DNA of 44,983 bases, taken from sequence record PP920551.1; one strand, written 5' to 3'. Positions within the stretch are counted from its first letter, which is position 1. Every line of letters begins with the position of its first letter. This stretch comes from Escherichia phage KS_S9. Positions 1 to 9,471 of the stretch are shown in pieces. Position numbers and translations under genes: made by a program. Under the pieces are notes generated by a model that searched no databases, was not told where the DNA came from, and saw only the letters and a list, made by a program, of their open reading frames with translations.

Positions 1-43
1 ATGTTGCCGATGGTCGGCGCATATGCACAAAAGGGCTTATATC

Positions 44-595
44 ATGGCAGAAATTAAAGTTAAAGGCCGTCGAGCTAAACTGGACGGACGAGTAGCAGTT
101 ACCCCGCGCCGTAAACCAGGCGAGCAAACCGAGCATACCAATCTCGGACCTGAGATCGAGTACGGAAAGCGCCGTAAAGGCGGCAAATGTGGACGCCCTA
201 CTGACTACCGATCCGTTTACTGCGACCAGCTTCGCCGCTATTTTGCCGACGCCGACGCATGGCAGGTCAACTACTCCGATAAAGGCGCTGCGCAAGTAAT
301 CCCCCGCAACAAAATGCCAACCTTCGGTCGATTTGCCGCGGAAATCGGCGTGGGCGTAGCTTGCCTGTATCGCTGGGCGCGTGCGCATGAGGAGTTCGCT
401 GAGGCGATGGCGGACGCAATGGAGTTACAAAAAACCTTCCTGATGGAAGCTGGCGGCGTGACCATCGCGGCGGGCTTCGCTACCTTCCTGCTTAAAGCTA
501 ACCACGGCGTCCGGGACGATGTACCGCTGGATGACGACGAAGATGATAACGGCGACGTCGTTGTGGAACCTACCGGCAAAGGCCAGGGTGATTAA
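44..595 (+). CDS. Putative terminase small subunit
   Basis: ORF directly upstream of large terminase with TAATG stop/start overlap; basic N-terminus, acidic C-terminus; AAGGG RBS 8 nt before ATG 44 (ORF track start 23 is an alternative). Confidence 0.6.
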   Translation: MAEIKVKGRRAKLDGRVAVTPRRKPGEQTEHTNLGPEIEYGKRRKGGKCGRPTDYRSVYCDQLRRYFADADAWQVNYSDKGAAQVIPRNKMPTFGRFAAEIGVGVACLYRWARAHEEFAEAMADAMELQKTFLMEAGGVTIAAGFATFLLKANHGVRDDVPLDDDEDDNGDVVVEPTGKGQGD

Positions 596-1980
596 TGCGT
601 AACTATGCGGCAGAACATCGTGCCCTTGAACGAGCGATCGCAAAGCGAAACCGACCGCCGCGCCCGACACGCGTTGCGCAGGCCGTCCGCCTTTACCAGC
701 CTGATTGCTTGCCGCACCAGGTTGAACTACTGCGTGACACGAAGACTAAAATCCTCGGCCTGTGTTCCGGCTTCGGCGGCGGTAAGTCATGGGTCGCGGC
801 GAGAAAGGTCATCCAGCTTTTAACACTAAACCCCGGTCATGATGGCATCGTAACAGAACCGACGATTCCCCTCCTGGTTAAAATCATGTATCCGGAATTG
901 GAAAAGGCATTCGACGAGGCGGGCTTCCGGTGGAAGTTCAATAAGCAGGACAAGATCTATAACGTGCTTGTGAAAGGCAAATGGACCCGCGTTATCTGTG
1001 AGTCAATGGAGAACTATACCCGCCTGATCGGGGTCAACGCCGCGTGGATTGTTGCCGATGAGTTCGACACCACTAAGCAGGACGTTGCAATTGCGGCGTA
1101 TCACAAATTGCTCGGTCGTCTGCGTGCAGGCTTTGTACGCCAGTTCGTCATCGTGTCCACCCCGGAAGGCTACCGGGCGATGTACCAGATTTTCGAAGTG
1201 GAGAAGGATAGCCAAAAACGTTTGATCCGGGCGAAGACTACCGACAACCACCATTTGCCCGCAGACTTTATAGACACGCTGCGCAGTCAGTACCCGGCTA
1301 ACCTGATCGATGCGTACCTGAACGGCCTGTTTGTCAACCTTACGTCTGGCGCGGTGTACAAGATGTTCAACCGGGAGGAGAACGCCAGCACCGAAGAAGT
1401 GCAGCCCGACGACACGCTGATTATCGGTATGGACTTTAACGTCACGAAAATGGCGGCGGTCGTGTACGTCAGACGGCAGCGCATCACCGAAAACAAGGAG
1501 TTCCGCGACGAGATACACGCAGTGGATGAATTTGTGGACCTGTTTGACACCCCAGCTATGATTGAGGCGATCGAGGAGCGCTACCCGGAACATTGTGCCG
1601 CCGGTAGGGTCGTCGTTTACCCGGATAGCAGCGGCAAATCCCGCAAGACGGTCAACGCGTCGTCGTCCGATATCGCACAACTGGAAGACGCGGGCTTCGA
1701 GGTGGAGTATGACAGCGTTAACCCGCCTGTGAAAGACCGACTGATCGCGATGAATACGATGATGTGCAACTCGAAGGGCGTGCGCCAGTATTTTGTCAAC
1801 CTGGATAAATGCCCTACACTAGCGAAATGTCTGGAACAGCAGGTTTACGACCTGAAGAAAGGCGAGCCGGATAAAACCGCCGGTGTGGACCACATGAACG
1901 ATGCCGCGGGCTATCCAATTGCGCACCTGTTCCCAGTGATTCGCCCAATCGCCGTTGTTCCAACTGTAGACTTCTACTAA
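595..1980 (+). CDS. Terminase large subunit
   Basis: 461 aa; Walker A-like LGLCSGFGGGKS and Walker B-like WIVADEFD in N-terminal ATPase part; position before portal. Confidence 0.9.
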   Translation: MRNYAAEHRALERAIAKRNRPPRPTRVAQAVRLYQPDCLPHQVELLRDTKTKILGLCSGFGGGKSWVAARKVIQLLTLNPGHDGIVTEPTIPLLVKIMYPELEKAFDEAGFRWKFNKQDKIYNVLVKGKWTRVICESMENYTRLIGVNAAWIVADEFDTTKQDVAIAAYHKLLGRLRAGFVRQFVIVSTPEGYRAMYQIFEVEKDSQKRLIRAKTTDNHHLPADFIDTLRSQYPANLIDAYLNGLFVNLTSGAVYKMFNREENASTEEVQPDDTLIIGMDFNVTKMAAVVYVRRQRITENKEFRDEIHAVDEFVDLFDTPAMIEAIEERYPEHCAAGRVVVYPDSSGKSRKTVNASSSDIAQLEDAGFEVEYDSVNPPVKDRLIAMNTMMCNSKGVRQYFVNLDKCPTLAKCLEQQVYDLKKGEPDKTAGVDHMNDAAGYPIAHLFPVIRPIAVVPTVDFY

Positions 1981-1990
1981 GGAAACGACC

Positions 1991-3511
1991 ATGACCGTTA
2001 ACGTTGACAACCAGCACCCACTTTATGCGCGCATCGCGCCAGAGTGGAAGATGATCCGCGATTGTGTGGCAGGGGAGCGCGCCGTGAAGGCGTGCGGCCC
2101 TTTGTACCTGCCTCATCCCGCCAGTGGAGACAATACTGACCCGAAATCGCGGGCGCGGTATAAGGCGTACAAGCAACGCGCTGTATTCCTGAACGCCACC
2201 GCCCGCACACTTAACGCGCTGTTAGGCGTTGCCTTTGCTAAACCGGTAAGTCTGGACCTTTCCGGGGCGATGGCTGACCTGATTGACGACGTAGACGGCA
2301 GCGGTATGCCTCTGCCGCAACTACTGCGCGGTGCTATGTCGGAAGTGCTGCAATCAGGCCGTGCGGGCTTTATGGTGGACTACGATCGCCAGGCGCATTT
2401 TGATGAACTGGGTAACGTAGTTCCGCAGACAGCCGCCGAGATGGCGTCACACCGCCCGCTTATCCGCCTGTACACGGCAGAACAGATCATCAACTGGCGG
2501 CAGACCCACGGCGTCGATACGCTAATTGTGCTGAAGGAAACGGACGAAATCAGCACCGAAGACCCGGACGACTTCGCAAACCACGAAGTAACAATCTGGA
2601 CCGAGCTTCGCATGATTAACGGTGCAGCACACGCCCGCCGCTGGTACTACAACGCGGACACGTCCGAGGTGCAAATGGATTTGCCGCGTGGATTCACCCG
2701 CACCGACCTGGTGCCGCTGGTGGATGCCTCCGGTAATGCGCTTACACAACTTCCGTTTTGCTGGTGTGGTGCGGTGGACAACAACGCAACGCCTGACGCC
2801 GCTCCGCTGGCGGATATCGCGTCCATCAACATTAAGCACTACAACGCCGAAGCGGACGTCGCCGAGATTGCGCACATCGTGGGCCAACCTACCCTCGTTG
2901 CGACGGGCTTGACTCAATCATGGGCGGACAAAAACCTGAAGGGCGGCATTGCCCTCGGTGCGACTAAGGGCGTTATCCTGGGCCAGAACATGGACGCTAA
3001 ACTGATCCAGGCGGAGGAGCGCAACTTGTCGGTTGCACTGTGTGAGCGTCGCGAATTGCAAATGGCTAAACTAGGCGCAGCCCTGGTCGAGAAGGGGACC
3101 GCACCTAAGACGGCAACCGAGGCGGCCTACGATGCGCAGACTGATAACAGTATCCTGTCGCTTATTGCCGGTAACGTTGAGAAGGCTTTCAACCGTGCGC
3201 TGCAAATCGTCCAGCTATTCACGGGCGACACCGCCGACCAGCGCGTAACGCTGAACAAGTTCTACACCGAAATCACGGTTGATGCGCAGCTTATGACCGC
3301 GATGATGTCGGGGGTGCAGACTGGCACGGTCCGCCTGGCTGACTTCATCAAGTGGATGATGGCGCAGGGCGTCATCGACGACTCGCAAACTGTCGAGCAG
3401 GTGGAAGACGAATTGCGAAATCAGAATCCATTGCCTCAAATGTCCCCTGATGCGGTAGAATCTACCGAAGAAGACCCGGACAAGGTAGCGGACAATGGCG
3501 AAGACAATTAA
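1991..3511 (+). CDS. Portal protein
   Basis: 506 aa ORF immediately after large terminase, acidic C-terminus, AGGAAA RBS; gene order terminase-portal-head morphogenesis. Confidence 0.8.
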   Translation: MTVNVDNQHPLYARIAPEWKMIRDCVAGERAVKACGPLYLPHPASGDNTDPKSRARYKAYKQRAVFLNATARTLNALLGVAFAKPVSLDLSGAMADLIDDVDGSGMPLPQLLRGAMSEVLQSGRAGFMVDYDRQAHFDELGNVVPQTAAEMASHRPLIRLYTAEQIINWRQTHGVDTLIVLKETDEISTEDPDDFANHEVTIWTELRMINGAAHARRWYYNADTSEVQMDLPRGFTRTDLVPLVDASGNALTQLPFCWCGAVDNNATPDAAPLADIASINIKHYNAEADVAEIAHIVGQPTLVATGLTQSWADKNLKGGIALGATKGVILGQNMDAKLIQAEERNLSVALCERRELQMAKLGAALVEKGTAPKTATEAAYDAQTDNSILSLIAGNVEKAFNRALQIVQLFTGDTADQRVTLNKFYTEITVDAQLMTAMMSGVQTGTVRLADFIKWMMAQGVIDDSQTVEQVEDELRNQNPLPQMSPDAVESTEEDPDKVADNGEDN

Positions 3512-4598
3512 TCAATATTTGGCGGATCGAATGATTCGCCGTCACATCTTCACCCAGCGCCTGAGCAATGATCAGGCGCGGAGGGTGCTGGCTATGTGGG
3601 AGAAGTTCCGGCCCGCTTTACTGGGTAAGCTGACCGAGTTACTTGATGGCAAATCGTCAATGAATAACAAGGCACTTTCCACTCTGTTAACGCAACTCGA
3701 CAAGACCGTCAAAGCGGAACTGCGCACCGAGTTTAAGGCGCTGGCTGAAAGCCTTCAGGAGTTCGCCGACACCGAGGCTGATTATCTTGCCGACACATTA
3801 ACGGCAGCGATCCAGCCCGCGGTCGCAGTGCCTGCGGTTGAGGTGGTGGGTGTAGTGACCGGGGCACAGATCGCAGCGACGGCGATGAAAAACCCGTTCC
3901 AGGGTAATACGATGATGCAATGGCCTGACTCACTTTCTGAGTGGACCAGGACGCAGATCGGGAATCAGGTGCGCGCCGGATTCATCCAGGGCAAGCCGAC
4001 GATGGAAATTATCGCGGATGTGAGGCGCGCGCTAGGCGGTCGTAGTGCGCAAGCAATCTCAAGCGTTGTTAAATCCGCAGTCAACCACTATGCGGCTACA
4101 GCCCGCGAACTAATGGTAAAAGCAAATGACGATATTCTCGAAGGTCGCCAATGGTTATCTACATTGGACACGCATACTTCTCCCATGTGCCAGCTACGCG
4201 ATCGCCTGTTTTATCCGGTTGATGCTACTCCCGACACCAAAGGAAAGCGCGGCGGGAAAATGGTGGCTGGGTCACAATATGGCGCTGGTCCGGGCAAGTT
4301 GCATTATTGTTGCCGGTCGACGGAGACGTGGAAGGTTAAAGGCATGGAAGATTGGCCCAGTGGTAAGCGTCCGGCACTGAAGGCTGACGCGGGTCGATTG
4401 CTGAGTGAGCAGGTCGACGCGCAGACTGATTTCTTCTCATGGGTGCAGCGCCAGCCGCGCCATATCCTGGAAGAATTATACGGAGTGCAACGCGCCGACC
4501 AGATTATGCGCGGAGTGAAAGTGCCGAAGATGTTCACCGATTCCGGCGAACTAATGACTATCGCACAGCTTAAAAACCGGGGGTTATGGCGTGATTAA
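3495..4598 (+). CDS. Head morphogenesis protein (Mu F / SPP1 gp7-like minor head protein)
   Basis: 367 aa following portal; contains HYCCRS, resembling the HxNCRC signature of F-like minor head proteins. Confidence 0.7.
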   Translation: MAKTINQYLADRMIRRHIFTQRLSNDQARRVLAMWEKFRPALLGKLTELLDGKSSMNNKALSTLLTQLDKTVKAELRTEFKALAESLQEFADTEADYLADTLTAAIQPAVAVPAVEVVGVVTGAQIAATAMKNPFQGNTMMQWPDSLSEWTRTQIGNQVRAGFIQGKPTMEIIADVRRALGGRSAQAISSVVKSAVNHYAATARELMVKANDDILEGRQWLSTLDTHTSPMCQLRDRLFYPVDATPDTKGKRGGKMVAGSQYGAGPGKLHYCCRSTETWKVKGMEDWPSGKRPALKADAGRLLSEQVDAQTDFFSWVQRQPRHILEELYGVQRADQIMRGVKVPKMFTDSGELMTIAQLKNRGLWRD

Positions 4599-4920
4599 AT
4601 ATGCAGCGATTGGACTGGTTATCGGTCTGGCGGTAGGATTCTGGCTAGGCGACTCCTATCGTACTGGCGTAGTGGCGGAGGCGGCGCAAGAAGCGCAAGC
4701 CAAAGCCCAACGGCAGCAAACTAAAGTTGTTGAGCGCTCCGTGCAGGCCGAACAGGCCCGCGACGTAGAATACCGGACTATAACGAAAGAGGTTGTTAAA
4801 TATGTTACGCGCCCTAACCGCCCTGATTGTAGTTTTGATGCTGAGCGCGTGCGGATCAAGCAACGTGCCGTTGATGCCGCTAACGGAGTCGGCACTGCGA
4901 CCGCCGTGCAAGTTCGATAG
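4591..4920 (+). CDS. Rz-like inner-membrane spanin (i-spanin)
   Basis: GTG start with GGGGG RBS; N-terminal TM segment (AAIGLVIGLAVGFWLG) then Q/A/E/R-rich helical region; a lipoprotein ORF is embedded in its +1 frame. Confidence 0.6.
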   Translation: MIKYAAIGLVIGLAVGFWLGDSYRTGVVAEAAQEAQAKAQRQQTKVVERSVQAEQARDVEYRTITKEVVKYVTRPNRPDCSFDAERVRIKQRAVDAANGVGTATAVQVR

Positions 4921-5032
4921 CCCGTCCTCAGACCCCGACGAGGATTTGATGATTGACGTGAAAAATATGGAATGCGGGGCGAAGCTAAGGGCGCAGGTGT
5001 TGGAGTTGCAGCAAATAATTAAGGGGCCGTGA
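4802..5032 (+). CDS. Rz1-like outer-membrane lipoprotein spanin (o-spanin)
   Basis: Signal peptide MLRALTALIVVLMLSAC with lipobox LSAC; short Pro-rich mature part; starts inside the Rz-like ORF in another frame and extends past its stop; AAGAGG RBS. Confidence 0.65.
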   Translation: MLRALTALIVVLMLSACGSSNVPLMPLTESALRPPCKFDSPSSDPDEDLMIDVKNMECGAKLRAQVLELQQIIKGP

Positions 5033-5044
5033 TGGCCCCCTTTT
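5023..5044. terminator. Bidirectional intrinsic terminator between convergent genes
   Basis: GGGGCC-gtgat-GGCCCC hairpin followed by TTTT on plus strand and T-rich run on minus strand; lies between Rz1 stop and stop of minus gene 5047..5811. Confidence 0.6.
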
Positions 5045-5046
5045 CG

Positions 5047-5811
5047 TTAGCGCGGAATACCGCAAATCTCGTTTAACGTCTTCACGTCCAGCGCCACCGC
5101 CGTGGACTTCGGCTTGTCCGGGTAAGGAATGAACTGTTCCACTTCAGGCCACGCCTTGATCAGCTTCTTATCTGTATTGTGCATATCCAGCACGCCGGTA
5201 ACAGTTAGTTTGAACGCGTCATACTTAGCACGTAACTCACGGCGGGCCTTGTCGTTACGGTCCAGGCGCTTACAGAAATCATGGTCCGCCGGGTAGTCTA
5301 TACGACCGCGTGGCATGTATATCGGCAGCGCTTTCCCGTCGTCGTCGACTTCGCACACTGACGCTAACAAAATTTCCTCATACCCTGGCACAATATCGCC
5401 GAGATCGGGAGACAGTTTATTCATGTATTTATACTCCCAGTATCCGCGATGTACTCGGAATCGGTGTCCGTCTCCGCTCAATGACACGGTACGGACGTTT
5501 CCGCCGGCGTTGATTTCGAAAGTGGCGTCATAAACGCGGCCGATACCATACGGGCGGTCAGCGTTATAACTATACGTCGCCTTGTTGGTGTATACACTTA
5601 CTCCGTACATCTGCGACGGGTCATCGCCGATTGCTTTAATGCGCGCGAGTAGCTCGGCGAAAGTGCGAATGCCTTCCGGCATACAGTCCAGCGTAATGGC
5701 GTACGCAAGGTCGCGAGAGTCCATCATGATGGATTTTGCTTCGGTCGCGATTTCATGGTCGCGCAGGATGTTAGCCAGAATCTGGTTTTTAATGTCTTTT
5801 GTCAGTCTCAT
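5047..5811 (-). CDS. Hypothetical protein, minus-strand orphan gene inside head module
   Basis: 255 aa from ATG 5811 with GAGGA RBS; the longer ORF-track version (to 6258) is a low-complexity extension overlapping the scaffold gene. No family recognised. Confidence 0.55.
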   Translation of the reverse strand: MRLTKDIKNQILANILRDHEIATEAKSIMMDSRDLAYAITLDCMPEGIRTFAELLARIKAIGDDPSQMYGVSVYTNKATYSYNADRPYGIGRVYDATFEINAGGNVRTVSLSGDGHRFRVHRGYWEYKYMNKLSPDLGDIVPGYEEILLASVCEVDDDGKALPIYMPRGRIDYPADHDFCKRLDRNDKARRELRAKYDAFKLTVTGVLDMHNTDKKLIKAWPEVEQFIPYPDKPKSTAVALDVKTLNEICGIPR

Positions 5812-5840
5812 TAGTGTGTCCTCGTTGTTGGTGTGCAACC

Positions 5841-5869
5841 AATATATGCAACCAATACGAGGATTGCAA
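5841..5869 (-). promoter_or_regulatory. Sigma70-like promoter for gene 5047..5811
   Basis: On minus strand TTGCAA-N17-TATATT, with ATTGGTTGCA motif copies forming the -35 and spacer; about 25 nt upstream of ATG. Confidence 0.45.
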
Positions 5870-5959
5870 GCGAATTTTGCGATTATTTTTATCGCTGATA
5901 ATATTAGAAGCGTGAAGTCGAGCGGGTGGCCTGCTCTGCCACAATCCCAGGGGGATAGC

Positions 5960-6661
5960 ATGAAACTTACTAAAGCAGAATATGACGCGTTGCCGGAAGG
6001 TATGAAGGCGCTTTTTGTTGCCGATGGCGACGGGTATAAATCAACTTTCATGACCGCAGAAGAAGTACAGGCGGAAATCAAGGGTCTGAAAGACAACAAC
6101 GCGAAGCTGGTGAGCGAGAAGAAAGCAGAAGCTGAACGCCGCGCCGAAGCCGAGCGACTTGCGAAAGAGAAAGAGGAAGCCGCTGCGCGCAAAAATGGCG
6201 ACCTCGAAGCGATCGACAAGTCCTGGAAAGATAAGTTTGCTAAACACGAAGCAGACACAGCGGGAAAAATCGAAGCCTACCGCAAGCAGATCCACGATCT
6301 AACCATCGGCAGCGCTGCCAAAGACCTGGCATCGAAGCTATTCGGTAAGAATGCCGGCATCATGCAACGCCACGTAATGGACCGTCTGACGCTGGAAGAC
6401 GGCGAAGACGGCAGCTTGAAAGTGCGTGTCTTGCAGGATGGCAAACCGTCCGCGCTGACTATGGAAGAGTTAGAAAAAGAGTTCCGTAATAACGCCGATT
6501 TTGCATCCGTCCTGGCTGGCACGCCAGCCGGTGGCGCGCCTAGCAAACCGACGCAGGTTGTCGAAGATGTGAAGTCTAAAATTACGATGGGCCATAGCTT
6601 CGGTATCACCGATCTCACCAAACAGGCCGGTGAAATCATCGCTAAAATGGGTGACGAGTAA
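5960..6661 (+). CDS. Putative head scaffolding protein
   Basis: 233 aa from ATG 5960 (AGGGGGA RBS); A/E/K/R-rich predicted coiled coil (AEAERRAEAERLAKEKEEAAARK); directly upstream of major capsid gene. Confidence 0.6.
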   Translation: MKLTKAEYDALPEGMKALFVADGDGYKSTFMTAEEVQAEIKGLKDNNAKLVSEKKAEAERRAEAERLAKEKEEAAARKNGDLEAIDKSWKDKFAKHEADTAGKIEAYRKQIHDLTIGSAAKDLASKLFGKNAGIMQRHVMDRLTLEDGEDGSLKVRVLQDGKPSALTMEELEKEFRNNADFASVLAGTPAGGAPSKPTQVVEDVKSKITMGHSFGITDLTKQAGEIIAKMGDE

Positions 6662-6666
6662 GCAGA

Positions 6667-6690
6667 TTGCCCGCGAAAGCGGGCAATTTT
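6667..6690 (+). terminator. Hairpin/attenuator between scaffold and capsid genes
   Basis: TTGCCCGC-gaaa-GCGGGCAA followed by TTTT. Confidence 0.5.
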
Positions 6691-6758
6691 GCGAGCGCGT
6701 AAAACTAAGGTAACATTAATGCCACTGGGCGAATGCTCACAACTCAAAGGATTTCGAT

Positions 6759-7859
6759 ATGTCTTTAACAGTGTTCCAGCGTAAACTCGTTACCGCGGTT
6801 ACGCAAATGATCCCCGACAACCTGAACGTATTCAACGCTGCCGCCAATGGCGCTGTTGTTCTCGGTACTGGTGAAGTGCTGAAGGATGTTATTGAGAAAA
6901 TGTCCGTAGGCTTGATCGCCAACCTCGTTACCGACCGTAACGCCTACGCCCCTGTCGGCACTCCGGCAACCGCGAAAGTGCTGGCGCGTATGCTGACCAA
7001 CTCGGTTAACCTTTCCGCAAAAGTGGGTCCGGTAGCAATTACGAAGGCCATGATGGCTAAAATCGAAACCAACGTTAACAGCGTTGCGGCTGAGATTGCG
7101 GCGCAGGCTACTCAAGCGATTATGCTGCACTACCTGAAAGCGGGTATCGGCGCAAGTAAAGCGGCGATCGAAAGCAACGCAGCGGCAAAATACACCCAAC
7201 CGGCGCGCGTTGACGGCGTTGGCGGTCGTACCTTCCCGACCCTGGCAGACTTCCCGCTGGCGGCTTCTAAGTTCGGCGATCAGGCGTCTTTGATTAAGTC
7301 CTGGTTTATGGACGGCGTTACCTGGGCAAACTTCATTGCGTACCAGGCACTCCCTTCCGCTGAACAGGTATTCGCAATTGGCGATCTCCAGGTAATGGGC
7401 GACGGCCTGGGCCGTCGCTTCATTATCTCCGATGCCGCTGCCGATGCTATGGGTGCGGGCAACATGCTGGGTCTGGTCCCTGGCGCGGTTGCAGTTACCA
7501 CCAACGGCCTCGACATGCTGGCGCAGGAAAAAGGCGGCAACGAGAACATTGAGCGCTGGTGGCAGGGTGAGTTCGACTTCAACGTGGCTGTTAAAGGCTA
7601 CCGTCTGAAGGCGTCCGCTCGTACACCGATCGAAGGCGTCCGCTCGTTCAAGCTGTCGGATATCACCACTTCCGATAACTGGGAACTGGACCAGGGCCAG
7701 GTAGACAACGCACCGGCAACCGTGCAGGACGTTGGCGCTGTGGGTGATGGCGATACTAAAGGCCGTCGTAAGACCCAGGCAGCACAGGCAGTGCCGACCC
7801 GTCACATCAAGGAAACCGCTGGCGTACTGGTTACGCTGACGGCGACTACCGCGTCTTAA
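6759..7859 (+). CDS. Major capsid protein
   Basis: 366 aa after scaffold gene, AAGGA RBS, followed by strong terminator; position and size typical of an HK97-fold major capsid protein. Confidence 0.75.
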   Translation: MSLTVFQRKLVTAVTQMIPDNLNVFNAAANGAVVLGTGEVLKDVIEKMSVGLIANLVTDRNAYAPVGTPATAKVLARMLTNSVNLSAKVGPVAITKAMMAKIETNVNSVAAEIAAQATQAIMLHYLKAGIGASKAAIESNAAAKYTQPARVDGVGGRTFPTLADFPLAASKFGDQASLIKSWFMDGVTWANFIAYQALPSAEQVFAIGDLQVMGDGLGRRFIISDAAADAMGAGNMLGLVPGAVAVTTNGLDMLAQEKGGNENIERWWQGEFDFNVAVKGYRLKASARTPIEGVRSFKLSDITTSDNWELDQGQVDNAPATVQDVGAVGDGDTKGRRKTQAAQAVPTRHIKETAGVLVTLTATTAS

Positions 7860-7877
7860 CGGGCGCACATCCCAAAT

Positions 7878-7902
7878 GGGCGGGCTTATGCCCGCCTTTT
7901 TT
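7878..7902 (+). terminator. Intrinsic terminator after capsid gene
   Basis: GGGCGGGC-ttat-GCCCGCC followed by TTTTTT. Confidence 0.6.
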
Positions 7903-7917
7903 ATAGGAGTGAATCTA

Positions 7918-8418
7918 ATGTATGGCGACCCGCAAACCTTTGTCGATTATGCCGCTGCGCGAGGCGTTGAAGTCACGTTGGGCGATGCAACGCGACACCT
8001 TACCATCGTTAATGACTTCCTTAACGGCATCACCTGGATCGGCGAACAGGCGGACCAGACAGGAATAGACGCATGGCCCCGCATCAATTACCCATCGGAC
8101 GGGAAGCCGGTGCGCGACACGCTAACCGAAGTCGTGGCGGTAGTGCCTGTCGGGCAGATCGTAGATTTTGCATCAATCCCCATTGCCGTCGAGCAAGCCG
8201 CTTACAGGTTGGCGATGTTGGTGGCGGACGAGGTCGATATTTCTCCTGTTGGCAGTGGTAAGGAGACTATCCGCGAAACTGTCGGCCCGATCACGATGGA
8301 ATATGACCCTGCGACGATTGGTAGCGGTGTCTCGTTCCCGTGGTGGGATGGCTTGCTGGGCCACTGGATTGACTCAGACGGCAACGCAGCGGGTAATTTT
8401 GATGTATTCCGGGGGTAA
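7918..8418 (+). CDS. Hypothetical protein, probable head-tail connector/adaptor
   Basis: 166 aa from ATG 7918 with AGGAG RBS (ORF-track start 7876 lies inside the terminator); position between capsid and tail genes. Confidence 0.45.
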   Translation: MYGDPQTFVDYAAARGVEVTLGDATRHLTIVNDFLNGITWIGEQADQTGIDAWPRINYPSDGKPVRDTLTEVVAVVPVGQIVDFASIPIAVEQAAYRLAMLVADEVDISPVGSGKETIRETVGPITMEYDPATIGSGVSFPWWDGLLGHWIDSDGNAAGNFDVFRG

Positions 8419-8419
8419 T

Positions 8420-8536
8420 ATGAATCCTGCATTACTGGCGGCTATTATCGCCGCAAATACTAAACGCCAACCAGAACCGGAACCAGCGCCAGAACCGGAA
8501 CCACCGGTACAGGAGGATGATAATGGCGGGCTTTAA
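8420..8536 (+). CDS. Small hypothetical protein (38 aa, Pro/Glu-rich)
   Basis: ATG 8420 preceded by GGGGG; MNPALLAAIIAANTKRQPEPEPAPEPEPPVQEDDNGGL; short, uncertain. Confidence 0.25.
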   Translation: MNPALLAAIIAANTKRQPEPEPAPEPEPPVQEDDNGGL

Positions 8537-8876
8537 TTACGCGGGGTTAAAGCGGAAAGTCAATCCGCTGATTAAAAAGTTCGGCATGATGGCTACGGTG
8601 ACGCGTCCGGGGTCGGTTGACCGCGTAGACGGCGACGAAGTGATAATCCCGCCAACGTCGTTCGACGTCATCGGTCTTCGAGAGGAGTACAAGCCGAGCG
8701 AGATCGACGGGACGCGTATCGTTGCCGGTGATGTGAAGTTTTTGTGTCAGGCCGTCAAGCAGGTAAAGGTCGGGGATTTGGTTAGCCTGAACAATACAGA
8801 CTACCGGGTTATCAATCCCAACCCCCTGCAACCGGCGGGCCAGACCATGCTGTTTCAACTACAGCTAAGGGGCTAA
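8523..8876 (+). CDS. Hypothetical protein, probable head-tail joining protein
   Basis: 117 aa from ATG 8523 with AGGAGG RBS 6 nt upstream; position in head-tail joining block. Confidence 0.45.
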   Translation: MAGFNYAGLKRKVNPLIKKFGMMATVTRPGSVDRVDGDEVIIPPTSFDVIGLREEYKPSEIDGTRIVAGDVKFLCQAVKQVKVGDLVSLNNTDYRVINPNPLQPAGQTMLFQLQLRG

Positions 8877-8877
8877 C

Positions 8878-9471
8878 GTGGCTGAAGTCTACTCGTTCGC
8901 CGCCACTATTGCTACGTGGGTGGATAAGACGAAGGAGAACAACGACAAGGCGGTGCGGGCGTACGGTATGCAAATACTCGGACGCCTGATCGAGATCTCC
9001 CCAGTGGGCGACCCCCGCCGGTGGAAAATTAACAGGGCTTACGCGCTCGCCCGCCAGCACGCAAACAAGGTGAACGCCGCACAGCGTCGCAAGAATGGCG
9101 GCAAACTGAAGCGTGGACAGAAGAAGCACGCAAGTGTGCTGGTATCGTTCAAGACTAAAAACGGCAATGTAACATTTCGCCAGCGTGGCTGGGCCGCGAA
9201 GAATTACACCGGCGGGCGCTTCCGGGGGAACTGGCAGGTGACATTTGATCGCCCGGCTGTCGGTGCTATTGACCGCGTTGACAAGGCCGGAACGGCAACA
9301 TTAGCCGCGGGGCGTGAAGTGCTGGCGCATTACGATTCGAGTGAATACGGGTCGATCTGGTTTACTAACAACGTGCCATACGCGCAGCGACTTGAGTATG
9401 GCTGGAGTAAACAAGCGCCCGCGGGGATTGTTCGCGTCGTAGCGGCAGAAATTAATTCGAAGGTGAAATAA
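8878..9471 (+). CDS. Hypothetical structural protein (head-tail joining / tail completion)
   Basis: 197 aa, GTG start after AAGGGG; stop overlaps next ATG (TAATG); basic, located before tail terminator-like gene. Confidence 0.45.
   Translation: MAEVYSFAATIATWVDKTKENNDKAVRAYGMQILGRLIEISPVGDPRRWKINRAYALARQHANKVNAAQRRKNGGKLKRGQKKHASVLVSFKTKNGNVTFRQRGWAAKNYTGGRFRGNWQVTFDRPAVGAIDRVDKAGTATLAAGREVLAHYDSSEYGSIWFTNNVPYAQRLEYGWSKQAPAGIVRVVAAEINSKVK

Noticed and set aside
5582-5959. N-terminal 126 codons of ORF 5582..6661
   Set aside because: Upstream extension of the scaffold gene overlaps the minus-strand gene and promoter region; true start taken as ATG 5960 with RBS.
5812-6258. Low-complexity Ser/Ala-rich N-terminal extension of minus ORF 5047..6258
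   Set aside because: Antisense to scaffold gene; real start judged to be ATG 5811 with GAGGA RBS.
6765-7868. 367-aa ORF on minus strand
   Set aside because: Exactly antisense to the major capsid gene; Arg/Cys-rich low-complexity translation, no RBS; a shadow ORF of GC-rich coding sequence.
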